Positions 39,985 to 50,278 of a DNA stretch of 64,000 bases are shown piece by piece (position 1 is the first letter of the stretch; every line of letters starts with the position of its first letter). This stretch comes from Candidatus Poribacteria bacterium (GTDB lineage Bacteria > Poribacteria > WGA-4E > WGA-3G). The translations under genes and the position numbers were made by a program. The stretch lies in NCBI GenBank assembly GCA_965214095.1, contig OZ243938.1:2912001-2976000 (forward strand), written 5' to 3'. Under the pieces are notes generated by a model, which saw only the letters and a program-made list of their open reading frames with translations, made no database searches and had not been told where the DNA came from.

Positions 39985-40908
39985 ATGTTAGATTCAGCAG
40001 ACACATTACAAGTTGACACCGATGATTTGTCAAAACTCAAACCTTTAGGGATTGGAGATATTCTGGATGGAACATTTAGTCTTTACAGAAACCATATTAC
40101 GCTGTTCTTGGGTGTTGCTTCAGTCTACCTTATTGCGATTGTAATAGAATATTCTATAAAAGGATTTCTCTCAAATCCCAATCTATCAAAGATACTCGCA
40201 TCACTTATATCTTTACCGTTCGCTGTCCTAAGTATGGGTGGGATTGTTGTCGCTGCAGCCACAATATATCTTGGTGGTGAAATCACAAGTAGTACTGCTC
40301 TAAAACAGACATTTCGCAGGTTATGGACATTGGTATTTTGCCATCTATTATGGCGGATGGTTCAGGTGATACCACTCCTATTTATCGTTTTATCCATTAA
40401 TTCTGTAATACGAACAGGGACATGGGCACTGCCTATAATGAGTGCTATTATCTGTATCCCTATTATAATTTATTTTTCTGTGCGTTGGATTTTCTATGTT
40501 GAAACTGTCATAATAGAGAAATGTTCTGTTGGGGAAGCCCTGAGACGCAGCAGTGAACTCGTTCAAGAAAATTGGTGGAAAGTCTTTGGTATTATTTGCT
40601 TGATTCTTCTATCAAGTTCTGCGGTTAGGTACATCCTTGAGAATTCACTCGGAATTGTGTTAATATCTGCAAATTTGGCTGGTGGCACGGACTTGATAAC
40701 ACTCATTCAATGGTCAATTATGGATAATGTTCTTGATACTAAAAGTTATCCATTTTACGTCATTATGACAGGTGCTCAAATGGTTTTAAAGGCGCTTGTC
40801 GTCCCAATTTGGATTATTGGGGTGACACTATTATACTTTGATCGCCGAGTAAGAAAAGAAGGTTATGATATTGAAATAGTCGCAAACAGACCCGATATTT
40901 TGGTCTAA
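39985..40908 (+). CDS. Polytopic membrane protein (GPDPase membrane-domain-like)
   Basis: LKPLGIGDILDGTFSLYR, EALRRSSELVQENWWKVFG, TLLYFDRRVRKEGYD. Confidence 0.8.
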   Translation: MLDSADTLQVDTDDLSKLKPLGIGDILDGTFSLYRNHITLFLGVASVYLIAIVIEYSIKGFLSNPNLSKILASLISLPFAVLSMGGIVVAAATIYLGGEITSSTALKQTFRRLWTLVFCHLLWRMVQVIPLLFIVLSINSVIRTGTWALPIMSAIICIPIIIYFSVRWIFYVETVIIEKCSVGEALRRSSELVQENWWKVFGIICLILLSSSAVRYILENSLGIVLISANLAGGTDLITLIQWSIMDNVLDTKSYPFYVIMTGAQMVLKALVVPIWIIGVTLLYFDRRVRKEGYDIEIVANRPDILV

Positions 40909-40925
40909 ACTTATATAACAACATT

Positions 40926-43505
40926 ATGGAAATAACACGTCCTTTATTACTTTTATTGCTATTATTGTTGCCAGTTCTATACTACGGATTTCGTCGTAGT
41001 CTTGTGGATCTGTCTCGTACACAAAGAATAATAAGTTTGTGCGTTAGAGTGATTATTCTTCTATTGTTGATATTGAGTGTCGCAGATCTTCAATATCTGA
41101 AAACTGATGACAAACTTGCCGTGATGTTCCTCACAGATATTTCTGACAGTATTTCAGATGATGGTTTGAAAAATACAACCGATTTTATCAACGAAGCTAT
41201 AGATAACAACGATGGAAACCAACAAACCGGAATTATAGCGTTTACAGAAAAGGCAGAGATCCTTAAATCTCTTGAAGGTAATAATCGGAATGAAACAGAT
41301 GGTGAATTAGATCTCTCTGAAATTAGGAAAAACTGGTTGGAAGCAGATGAGGATGCTGGAGACACAACAAACATCGCACAAGCCATTGAAACTGCATGGA
41401 GCGTTTTTCCGGCAAATGCAAACAAACGGATAGTACTGATTACGGATGGTTTAGAAACACAGGGAGATGTTGTTCACACTGCACTTCGTGGGAAAGAGTT
41501 TGATATACAGATTGACACGGTTCCCATTTATCCGAGTGATGTTCCAGAGGTGATGGTACAGCGAATTGATGCACCTGCTCAAGTCAAACAAGGGGCACCA
41601 TTCAGTTTAGAAGTGATTGTCCATAGTAACCATGAAGATATTGCAGAAATCCGTCTCTATAAGAACAAATTTGAGGCATCAAAAAAAGAGGTGCGTCTTG
41701 TTGAAGGCGAAAATCGGGTTCTGTTCACAGAAACACATGAAGACAGCGGTACATTGACGTATGATGCGACCATCCGAACAACACAAGATACTCGCTACGA
41801 TAATAACAAAGCACTCGGTATCGTTTCTGTTTCTGGTCAACCGAAGATATTACTTATAGATGAAAACGAATCGCAAACCCGATATTTAATGCGAGCACTT
41901 GAGGATGCAAAGATTCGTGTAGATGTCCGTAACGGCTTAGGTGTCCCCAATGAATTGGCTGACCTTCAGAACTATGAACTGATCATCTTCAGTGATGTGC
42001 CAGCAAATCGTTTGACCGAGAAACAGATGGAACTTATCCGAACTTATGTGCAAGACCTTGGCGGCGGTTTTATGATGCTCGGAAGTGAGAATAGTTATGG
42101 ATTGGGTGGCTACTACAAGACTCCGATTGAGGAGGTATTACCTGTCCGAACGGATACCGAAAAGAAGAAAGAGACTCCATCGTTAGCAATGGTTCTGGTG
42201 ATTGACAAATCTGGCAGTATGGGTGGTATCAAGATTGAATTAGCCAAAGAAGCTGCTCGCGCAACTGTAGAACTACTCGGTCCGCGCGATAAAATCGGTG
42301 TCATTGCTTTTGACGGTTCACCTTTCTGGATTACAGAGATGCACGATGCCTCAGATAAACAATTTATATCAAATCAGGTCGGTTCAATTACAGCAAGTGG
42401 TGGAACAAATCTCTATCCCGCACTCCAACAAGCATATTACGGTTTGACAGAAACAACGGCAAAATTAAAGCATGTTATTGTTCTCAGTGATGGGCATTCG
42501 CAAGGTGGTGATTGGTACGGTATCGCCAATTCAATGCACTCAGAACGGATTACAATATCCACTGTCGGCATCGGTAGTGGAGCAGACATGAATCTGTTAG
42601 GTAACCTTGCTCAGTGGGGTGGTGGACGCGAGTATTTTACACAAGACCCATATAATATACCACAGATTTTCGCTAAGGAGACCGTCACCGCATCACAATC
42701 CGCAATCATAGATACTCCATTCATCCCACAACGTATCAAACCGACTCAGGTGTTGAGTGGTATAGACCTTGAACTTGCACCTTTCCTACTTGGATATGTT
42801 GCTACCCAACCACGTCCCACTGCTGAGATTTTCCTTGTTTCTGACCGCGGAGACCCGATACTTGCAAGTTGGCAATACGGTTTAGGCAAATCTGTCGCAT
42901 TCACCTCCGATGCAAAAGCACGATGGGCAACGGACTGGTTAGAGTGGGCAGGTTACGGCAAGTTCTGGACGCAACTTGTGCGTGATACGATGCGAAAAAC
43001 AACACTCAGCAATTTCCAAGCAGCAATCAATAAAGAGAAAGGTGTCGCACATCTTGCGATTGATGCACTGAGTGACACAGGGCAATTCTTAAATGAATTG
43101 GACAGCCAAATTTCGCTTATTGGTCCTGATCTGAAAAAGAAGGAACTATCTATCTCACAGACATCACCAGGACGGTATGAACTTGAGTTCCCGACAGCAG
43201 AGGTAGGTCCCTATTTCTTAAACATCACGCAAAAACAGGCAGGAGAAATCGTCAATACACAAGTTGCCGGTACAGTTGTCTCCTATCCTGAGGAGTATCT
43301 TGTTCACAATGCAGATGATGCACTTCTCACACAGGTCTCTAATGTGTCGGGGGGAAAATTCAATATCACTGCTGAAGAAGCATTTCGGTCACCAGAAAAT
43401 CCGGTAACACTTCGGATTCATCTATGGCGACCATTTCTTATTACTGCCATTATTCTATTGCTCATTGACATTGCGTTGCGACGCATTGATATGAGACGTT
43501 CCTAA
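40926..43505 (+). CDS. Membrane-anchored double-vWA protein with glutamine-amidotransferase-like (DUF1355-type) domain
   Basis: MIDAS motifs DISDSI and DKSGSM; YVQDLGGGFMMLG...GGYYKTPIEEVLPV; WQYGLGKSVAFTSD; TM at both ends. Confidence 0.9.
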   Translation: MEITRPLLLLLLLLLPVLYYGFRRSLVDLSRTQRIISLCVRVIILLLLILSVADLQYLKTDDKLAVMFLTDISDSISDDGLKNTTDFINEAIDNNDGNQQTGIIAFTEKAEILKSLEGNNRNETDGELDLSEIRKNWLEADEDAGDTTNIAQAIETAWSVFPANANKRIVLITDGLETQGDVVHTALRGKEFDIQIDTVPIYPSDVPEVMVQRIDAPAQVKQGAPFSLEVIVHSNHEDIAEIRLYKNKFEASKKEVRLVEGENRVLFTETHEDSGTLTYDATIRTTQDTRYDNNKALGIVSVSGQPKILLIDENESQTRYLMRALEDAKIRVDVRNGLGVPNELADLQNYELIIFSDVPANRLTEKQMELIRTYVQDLGGGFMMLGSENSYGLGGYYKTPIEEVLPVRTDTEKKKETPSLAMVLVIDKSGSMGGIKIELAKEAARATVELLGPRDKIGVIAFDGSPFWITEMHDASDKQFISNQVGSITASGGTNLYPALQQAYYGLTETTAKLKHVIVLSDGHSQGGDWYGIANSMHSERITISTVGIGSGADMNLLGNLAQWGGGREYFTQDPYNIPQIFAKETVTASQSAIIDTPFIPQRIKPTQVLSGIDLELAPFLLGYVATQPRPTAEIFLVSDRGDPILASWQYGLGKSVAFTSDAKARWATDWLEWAGYGKFWTQLVRDTMRKTTLSNFQAAINKEKGVAHLAIDALSDTGQFLNELDSQISLIGPDLKKKELSISQTSPGRYELEFPTAEVGPYFLNITQKQAGEIVNTQVAGTVVSYPEEYLVHNADDALLTQVSNVSGGKFNITAEEAFRSPENPVTLRIHLWRPFLITAIILLLIDIALRRIDMRRS

Positions 43506-43616
43506 AACCTTTCTATTACATCAATAACGCTAATACAAAAATTAAGTTTAATCAGATTTGTAGTATATGTTATACTTAACCTTAAGTGCGTAGAATCAGA
43601 GTGCAGAGGTTACATT

Positions 43617-44930
43617 ATGAGTATCACACAATTCACAATGGAAGAGGTGCGATGTTTCGCTGAACATCAGACACTTGAAATTCGTCCTCTGACCTTTTTG
43701 GTGGGTGAGAATAGCACAGGGAAGACTACTGCACTTGCATGTTTCCATGTATTGACAAATTATCTGCGAAATGGAGATTTGGATTTTAATTCGGATCCTT
43801 ATGCATTAGGCACATTTAAAGATATTGTCAGAAACAGGAACATAAAAGAGAAAAACTTTAAACTTGGATTTACTGGTAGAAATAACAGTGAAGATGTCCA
43901 AGTAACAGTTGAATTTGTAGAAAAAAAAGGAAGTATTGAACCGACTGTAAGTTCATTAAGAATAAAATTCGTTGATGGTGAAATCAACCTTGAAACAGAA
44001 GAACAGAAAGATATTGCAGTTCGTTTAGGTTCTTATGATGTGCAACGGAATCAATATAATTTAGTATGTAGTTCTGATGCTCTAAGTTCACCTTATTTTA
44101 GAATACTGTCGCTTGTATTTGAAAGAGGAACTGATGGCCAGATTGCTTTAGACGAATATCTGAGTAATAAAACTCAACATATAGGAATTTTTGATTTTCG
44201 ACCGTGGGATACGTTCTGTGGTTTTTCGGTAAATAGTAGTTCTCCAATTAGGTCACGACCTAAACGCACCTACGATCCGGCACGCGAATTTAACGATCCA
44301 GAAGGCAGTGATGTTCCGATGATGCTAATGCGATTGGCGGTTACCAGAAAAAAAGAATGGGAGAAACTAAAACAACAACTCATAGAGTTTGGAATAAGTT
44401 CTGGGCTTTTTCAAGACATAAAGATAAAGAACTTTAGCGGTTCCCTTGGTGGACCATTCCAACTGCAATTCAAGGTAAAGGGACCTACTAAGAATATCGT
44501 AGATGTTGGCTATGGAATTAGTCAAATACTTCCGCTCTTAGTACAAGTATTATATCCAAGTATTGCTCAATATAGTGAAAGTAAACCCGTACCCCCAAGT
44601 TATTCCTTACTCCAACAACCAGAGGTGCACCTACATCCAAGGGCTCAAGCGGAATTTACTACTTTATTGACAAGATTGACAAAACAGGGAAATCAGTCAT
44701 TCATTATTGAAACGCATAGTGACTATATGGTTGACCGTGCACGTATTGAAATCAGAAAAGGAAACATCAAACCGGAAGATGTATCACTAATTTATTTTGA
44801 ACCGAAAAGGAATATTGTTAATATGCATAATATTGGATTTGATGAAATGGGAAACATGATTGACGTTCCGCCACATTATCGTGATTTTTTCCTTAAAGAG
44901 TCTAAACGGCTTATGGGTTTTGAGGATTAA
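43617..44930 (+). CDS. ABC-type (AAA_15/AAA_21) ATPase with DUF3696-like C-terminus
   Basis: PLTFLVGENSTGKT, DVGYGISQILP, LLQQPEVHLHPRAQ, IIETHSDY. Confidence 0.88.
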   Translation: MSITQFTMEEVRCFAEHQTLEIRPLTFLVGENSTGKTTALACFHVLTNYLRNGDLDFNSDPYALGTFKDIVRNRNIKEKNFKLGFTGRNNSEDVQVTVEFVEKKGSIEPTVSSLRIKFVDGEINLETEEQKDIAVRLGSYDVQRNQYNLVCSSDALSSPYFRILSLVFERGTDGQIALDEYLSNKTQHIGIFDFRPWDTFCGFSVNSSSPIRSRPKRTYDPAREFNDPEGSDVPMMLMRLAVTRKKEWEKLKQQLIEFGISSGLFQDIKIKNFSGSLGGPFQLQFKVKGPTKNIVDVGYGISQILPLLVQVLYPSIAQYSESKPVPPSYSLLQQPEVHLHPRAQAEFTTLLTRLTKQGNQSFIIETHSDYMVDRARIEIRKGNIKPEDVSLIYFEPKRNIVNMHNIGFDEMGNMIDVPPHYRDFFLKESKRLMGFED

Positions 44931-44933
44931 TGC

Positions 44934-45140
44934 GTGTGCGCGATATTGGATGCAAATACGTTTCATAAATTCAAGGATCCTTCTGATCAAGATATGAAAC
45001 CCGTTTGGAAATGGTTAGAGAGCAAAAATGGAAAAATAGTCTACACTAACACTAAGAAATTTGAGGAAGAGTGGTATAGAGGAGGAATGGAGAAGACATG
45101 GCACAACAATGGCACACCGAACAAGTTTCTATTGATGTGA
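44934..45140 (+). pseudogene. Truncated PIN-like protein
   Basis: GTG start with GAGGA RBS right after the ATPase; AILDAN is a PIN beta-1 motif; the frame runs into the next gene after about 52 aa. Confidence 0.55.
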
Positions 45141-46048
45141 CGATTGACCCGATTGAAGCATGCTATCAAAACGGATGGACTGATGGACTTCCCGTTGTTC
45201 CACCAACTCCGGAACGCGTTGAAAAGATGCTAAGCGGAACCACACGTTCACCTGATGAATTGATTGCTGCACTCCCACCGAAATGGGGCAAAGCAACAGT
45301 TGAGCGGATAGCAATAAACGCTGTAATGGCGGGTTGTCTGCCGGAATATCTTCCTGTTGTTCTTGCTGCTGTTGAGGCAATGATAGATGAAAGGTTCAAT
45401 CTACACGGTGTTCAAGTTACTACATCACATGTTTCTCCTATGCTGATAGTAAATGGTCCTATTCGGAAAAAGTTAGATATTAACGCCGGTTTCAATCTAT
45501 TCGGACAAGGTTGGCGTGCCAATGCTACTATTGGCAGAGCAGTCCGACTCATCTGTACAAACATAGGTGGGGCATTGCCTGCAGAATTAGACCGAGCTGC
45601 ATTTGGACATGTTGGGAAGTATACGTGTTGCATTGCTGAAATTGAAGGTGAGGAAAACCCGTGGAAACCACTACATGTGGAGCGCGGCTATGCATCTGAA
45701 GATAGCACAATAACCGTTTTTGCTGGAGCAGGTCCTAAAAGTATCAACGATCACGGAAGCAATACTGCAGAAGGTATTCTCACGACAATCTGTCAAAATA
45801 TGGCAGCGCCGGGTAATAGTAGGGGTGAAACTTTATTGGTCATCGGTATTGAACATGCCAAGACGATTTCAAATGATGGATTTAGTAAATCAGATATCCG
45901 TAAACACATCGCTAAAACAACGAAGCAATATTCTGAAGAAGATTTGTTACTTATGGTGGCAGGTGGTCCAGCAGGAAGATGGAGCATGTTGGTACAAGGT
46001 TGGGGCTCTCCCTCATCACGAGCAATTACAACTGAATTGAAAGATTGA
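45098..46048 (+). CDS. Conserved hypothetical protein (GWTDGLPVVPPT family)
   Basis: GWTDGLPVVPPT, IAINAVMAGCLPEY, RANATIGRA, PWKPLHVERG; GGAGA RBS. Confidence 0.82.
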   Translation: MAQQWHTEQVSIDVTIDPIEACYQNGWTDGLPVVPPTPERVEKMLSGTTRSPDELIAALPPKWGKATVERIAINAVMAGCLPEYLPVVLAAVEAMIDERFNLHGVQVTTSHVSPMLIVNGPIRKKLDINAGFNLFGQGWRANATIGRAVRLICTNIGGALPAELDRAAFGHVGKYTCCIAEIEGEENPWKPLHVERGYASEDSTITVFAGAGPKSINDHGSNTAEGILTTICQNMAAPGNSRGETLLVIGIEHAKTISNDGFSKSDIRKHIAKTTKQYSEEDLLLMVAGGPAGRWSMLVQGWGSPSSRAITTELKD

Positions 46049-46096
46049 CATTTGTTGGATTTTATGGTTTTATAGACAATAGAGGAGGACAAGAAT

Positions 46097-47503
46097 ATGA
46101 ACCTTCAGGGAATACAACTGACTGATGAACAGATGCGGGATTTCATCATCAATGGATATCTCAAGGTGAAAACAGACTTACCCGCGAGTTTTCATGAACA
46201 AATTTTCCAACAGTTAGAAACAATGTTTGAAAAGACCGGTAATTGGGGTAACAATGTGCTGCCGTTGATCCCAGAGCTTCAACATGTTTTTGAGCATCCT
46301 GTTGTGCATGGTGCGATGCAAGGAGTGCTTGGAAAAAACTATATGATGCATCCGCACCGTTATTGTCATTACAACCCATCAGGTAGTGGTGGACAAGGGT
46401 TTCATAAGGATACTTATGAAGGTGATGAACAGATACGCCGACACAGATGCCGTTGGACAATGGCGTTTTATTATCCACAGGATGTGAGTGATGATATGGG
46501 CCCGACTGCTGTGTTGCCGGGGTCTCACTATTACGAGACCCATGATAGTGCCCACGAACAACCTGATACTTCTTTGTGTGGAGAAGCAGGTACTGTGACC
46601 ATCGTTCATTATGATCTGTGGCATCGTGCAACTCCTAATCAGAGTGAAAATAAGCGGTATATGTTGAAGTTTCTGTTCTCTCGTCTTGATGAACCTTCAT
46701 CTCCGGATTGGGAGAGCGATATGGCAGATTGGCAGTCTGTTGCTGATGGCATAGACCCAGACCATCCAGAATTATGGGAATCTCAGTGGGATTGGAATTA
46801 TGGTAGACAAAACGGAGTTGCTAATGGAGTTTCGGCAGATGAGATAGATACATTGCTGGAAACATTGCAAAATGAAGATGAGAAACAGAGGCTGAATGCA
46901 GCATATCGTTTGGGAAGAATTGGTGCTTCTGCTGTGCCGACATTACACCAAGTATTTCATGATGCATCAGAATCAATCCGCAGTTATGTTGGTGTTGCAT
47001 TAAGTCTGATTGGTGATGCTGCTGTTCCTACACTAATTGATGCGTTGTCGAATTCAGAGGAATCCATTCGTACAAGTGCATCGTATACTTTAGCAGATAT
47101 GGGTATAACTGGCGTGGAGGCTGTGCCAGCATTAACAAAAGCTGCATCGGATGAATCCCCTTGGGTTCGTCGGCATTCAATGGAGGGTTTAGGAATCATC
47201 GGTCAATATGTCAATGGAGACATGGATTTAGAACCGACAGTGCGAGTCTTAACAGATGGCTTGAATGATGAACTTTACTGGGTGCGTTATAATGCGGCAC
47301 GATCTTTAGCACAACTGGGAGCAGTCTCTGAACCTGCTATTCCTACTTTGGTAGCACAATTGGAAGATGAAAACCGATATGTTCGGTTTAATGCAGCCTT
47401 AGCATTAAAGAAGATAGATACCCCTGAAGCCAGAGAAGTGTTGTTGAATCATCTGTTTTCAACAAGATGGTGTGCGTTAACATCTAATGAAACACCTTAT
47501 TAG
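46097..47503 (+). CDS. PhyH-family dioxygenase fused to HEAT/PBS-lyase repeats
   Basis: FHKD, GPTAVLPGSH, HYDLWHRA; C-terminal AVPAL...D...VR..A..AL repeats. Confidence 0.88.
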   Translation: MNLQGIQLTDEQMRDFIINGYLKVKTDLPASFHEQIFQQLETMFEKTGNWGNNVLPLIPELQHVFEHPVVHGAMQGVLGKNYMMHPHRYCHYNPSGSGGQGFHKDTYEGDEQIRRHRCRWTMAFYYPQDVSDDMGPTAVLPGSHYYETHDSAHEQPDTSLCGEAGTVTIVHYDLWHRATPNQSENKRYMLKFLFSRLDEPSSPDWESDMADWQSVADGIDPDHPELWESQWDWNYGRQNGVANGVSADEIDTLLETLQNEDEKQRLNAAYRLGRIGASAVPTLHQVFHDASESIRSYVGVALSLIGDAAVPTLIDALSNSEESIRTSASYTLADMGITGVEAVPALTKAASDESPWVRRHSMEGLGIIGQYVNGDMDLEPTVRVLTDGLNDELYWVRYNAARSLAQLGAVSEPAIPTLVAQLEDENRYVRFNAALALKKIDTPEAREVLLNHLFSTRWCALTSNETPY

Positions 47504-47522
47504 AACGTGTTACATAAATCAT

Positions 47523-47586
47523 TGTAGGACGGGGTCTCTGTGTCCATCATGTCAATTATTGGCGGGGTCCTGAGACCCTGTCTTAC
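47523..47586. repeat. Degenerate REP doublet
   Basis: tgtaggacggggtctc ... gagaccctgtcttaca; related half-sites near 8387-8412 and 52347-52373. Confidence 0.55.
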
Positions 47587-47588
47587 AT

Positions 47589-47691
47589 TATAGTAGATTT
47601 TGAAATTACTTAAACACTCTGCATTGGCGAGGTTAGGAAACCTCGCCTACCGTGGGACGAAAGTGTTAACTTATATTTATAATTCACTATA
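47589..47691. mobile_element. 103-bp TATAGT...ACTATA MITE
   Basis: Direct copy of 20367-20469. Confidence 0.85.
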
Positions 47692-47738
47692 AAAGGAGCA
47701 ACTGATTTCCATAGTACTGAACCAATTTGATTTGTTAT

Positions 47739-48611
47739 CTATTGTTCTAAACTTGCCAAAACGACTCTATCCTTACCAGAATAATCCTTAATGAAGCGAA
47801 ATGTCTTATATTCAGACTGATTTTCAAATAGTGCCTTGACAGGTTCTTTCTGGGTGTCCCCGATTTCTAAGATAAGTTTGCCATCTGGCTGGAGATACTC
47901 CGGTGCCTTAGCAATCAACGTGCGAATGATTGATAGCCCATCTTCACCTGCAAAGAGAGCGATATGTGGTTCATAGTCACGCACATCTGGACTCAAGGAA
48001 TCGTGGTCATTGGACATTACATAAGGTGGGTTGGAAACAATCCAATTATATCGTGAGGGTTCTAACGGCTTAATTGGGTCAAACAAATCACCGTGCAAGA
48101 GTGTAATACGTTCATTACAATCGTGTGCTTCCCTATTAATTTCTGCAACTGCTAAAGCGTCTTTACATATATCCGTTGCGATTATTTCCCACTCAGGTTT
48201 GTTGACAGCAAGAGCAGTCGCTATTATGCCGCTTCCTGTACCTATCTCAAGTATGCTCTGGGATGTATCAGGATTTGTTTTGAGTATTGTTTCAACAATG
48301 AATTCGGTTTCTGGTCGGGGAATAAGCACCCGTTCATCAACATAGAAATCCAGAGACATGAATTCCTTGTGATTGGTAAGATAACTAATCGGTGTTCGTG
48401 CGATCCGCTTTTTAATCATCTCTCGGAACGCATTCAAGTCTTTTTGAAAAACGGGCATATCAAAGTGTAAATATAGTTGTAGCCTGCTTTTCTCAAGTAG
48501 GTGTCCGAGTAATACCTCAACGTCTAATCGTGGGTTTGGAATGTTATGCTTCGCAAAATAACCAGTTGTCCACTCAAGGAGTTCAAGCACATGCCATTTT
48601 TGGGTAGCCAT
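47739..48611 (-). CDS. prmC: Release factor glutamine methyltransferase
   Basis: VLIPRPETE, LEIGTGSG, SNPPY; follows prfA. Confidence 0.96.
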   Translation of the reverse strand: MATQKWHVLELLEWTTGYFAKHNIPNPRLDVEVLLGHLLEKSRLQLYLHFDMPVFQKDLNAFREMIKKRIARTPISYLTNHKEFMSLDFYVDERVLIPRPETEFIVETILKTNPDTSQSILEIGTGSGIIATALAVNKPEWEIIATDICKDALAVAEINREAHDCNERITLLHGDLFDPIKPLEPSRYNWIVSNPPYVMSNDHDSLSPDVRDYEPHIALFAGEDGLSIIRTLIAKAPEYLQPDGKLILEIGDTQKEPVKALFENQSEYKTFRFIKDYSGKDRVVLASLEQ

Positions 48612-48695
48612 AGAATCTTATATGATCTGAGAACTCCATCCGAGTGATAGCAAATAAGGTGTGCTGTAAATCGGGGTTAGAAACCCTCCAACGAT

Positions 48696-49766
48696 CTATG
48701 AGACAGACTGTAGTTTTTCTGCTTGATCGGCAGTGGTTAATTTTTCAATAAATGCGTCTATATCACCGTCTAAAACAGAATCCAATTGATGTGAACTGAA
48801 TTGAATTCGGTGGTCAGTTACGCGCGATTGTGGAAAATTGTATGTGCGTATTTTTTCGCTTCTATCCCCGCTACCAATCATTGACCGTCGGGTTTCTGAG
48901 CGTTCTTTATCAAGTTCTGCTTGTTTTCTTTCCTGCAAACGTGCACGAAGTATCTTCATTGCTTTTGACCGGTTTTTATGCTGGGATTTTTCGTCTTGTT
49001 GGGTTACAACGATACCTGTTGGAATGTGTGTGATACGTATCGCTGAATCGGTAGTATTAACGCTCTGTCCACCGGGACCTGAGGAACGATAGGTATCTAT
49101 CCGTAATTCAGCAGCTTCATCAATTTGTACATCAATCTCTTCTGCTTCAGGTAGTACTGCGACAGTGACTGCTGATGTATGAATACGTCCACTTGTTTCA
49201 GTTGTTGGAATACGTTGGACACGGTGTATCCCACCTTCATATTTTAGCAGACTGTATGCGGATTTCCCTTCAATAGAAAAGATAACTTCTTTGAATCCTT
49301 TTAATCCCGTAGCATTTGCACTGAGCATATCAATTTTCCAACCTTTTCTTTCAGCGTATCGGGTGTACAGTCGGAATATCTCAGATGCAAACAGACTGGC
49401 TTCCTCACCACCTGTGCCTGCCCGAATTTCAATAATTACATTTTTCTCGTCATTCGGGTCTTTAGGGATAAGAAGCATTTTAAGTGTATCAATGAGTTCA
49501 TCTTGCTGTTTCTCAAGATCCTCCAATTCCTCTTGTGCCAATGCTAACATATCCGCGTCACTTTCATCTGTTAACATCGTCTGCGTTTCTTCAATAGCAG
49601 ATTCCAATTGCTGATAGTCTTTATATCCGGAAACGATTGGAGAAAGTTCAGCGTGAGTCTTTGAGAGTTCTTGTAATCGTTGCGGATTGGATATCTGGTC
49701 AGGATCACTTAAAGCTTTTTCTACATCAATGAATTTATTCTGAATGTCTTTGAGTTTGTCAAACAT
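48696..49766 (-). CDS. prfA: Peptide chain release factor 1
   Basis: [21 protein letters not shown] (PxT), [22 protein letters not shown]. Confidence 0.97.
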   Translation of the reverse strand: MFDKLKDIQNKFIDVEKALSDPDQISNPQRLQELSKTHAELSPIVSGYKDYQQLESAIEETQTMLTDESDADMLALAQEELEDLEKQQDELIDTLKMLLIPKDPNDEKNVIIEIRAGTGGEEASLFASEIFRLYTRYAERKGWKIDMLSANATGLKGFKEVIFSIEGKSAYSLLKYEGGIHRVQRIPTTETSGRIHTSAVTVAVLPEAEEIDVQIDEAAELRIDTYRSSGPGGQSVNTTDSAIRITHIPTGIVVTQQDEKSQHKNRSKAMKILRARLQERKQAELDKERSETRRSMIGSGDRSEKIRTYNFPQSRVTDHRIQFSSHQLDSVLDGDIDAFIEKLTTADQAEKLQSVS

Positions 49767-49803
49767 ATCAAATCTCTATAAGTCTCAATAAGGATTAGAA
49801 ACG

Positions 49804-50019
49804 TTACGATTTTTCTTCAGTAAGTCCATATCTGCGTCTGAAACTCTCCACGCGTCCTGCTGTGTCAATAAACCTTGTTTGTTGACCAGTATAGAATGGG
49901 TGGCATTTTGCACAAACGTCAACACGCATATCCGATTGGATTGTAACCGTTTGATATGTTGCACCACAAACGCAATTGATGGTACACTCAGTTGTTTCTG
50001 GATGTATTTCAGGTTTCAT
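49804..50019 (-). CDS. rpmE: 50S ribosomal protein L31 (Cys-containing type)
   Basis: [33 protein letters not shown]. Confidence 0.96.
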   Translation of the reverse strand: MKPEIHPETTECTINCVCGATYQTVTIQSDMRVDVCAKCHPFYTGQQTRFIDTAGRVESFRRRYGLTEEKS

Positions 50020-50167
50020 AATTACTCTCCCTATTTTATAAGTGAAATTTATAGTTAGTTATGCTGAGATGCATTAGTACTCAAATGTTCTTACCAACTA
50101 TTTATATTATACCTTAAATTTGATGAAATTTCTCACATAGATTAAAAAAACACATATAAATTCAATT

Positions 50168-50265
50168 TATGATGGATTTTGAATTAGACGGTATGCACCA
50201 GTGCTGTTGGGAAACTGCACCTACCGTGGGAGGAAAGTTTTTACGGATTTTCTAACTTCACCATA
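50168..50265. mobile_element. Degenerate copy of the 103-bp MITE between rho and rpmE
   Basis: tatgatggattttgaa ... gtgctgttgggaaactgcacctaccgtggg ... ttcaccata. Confidence 0.55.
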
Positions 50266-50278
50266 TATGTGTTTCATC

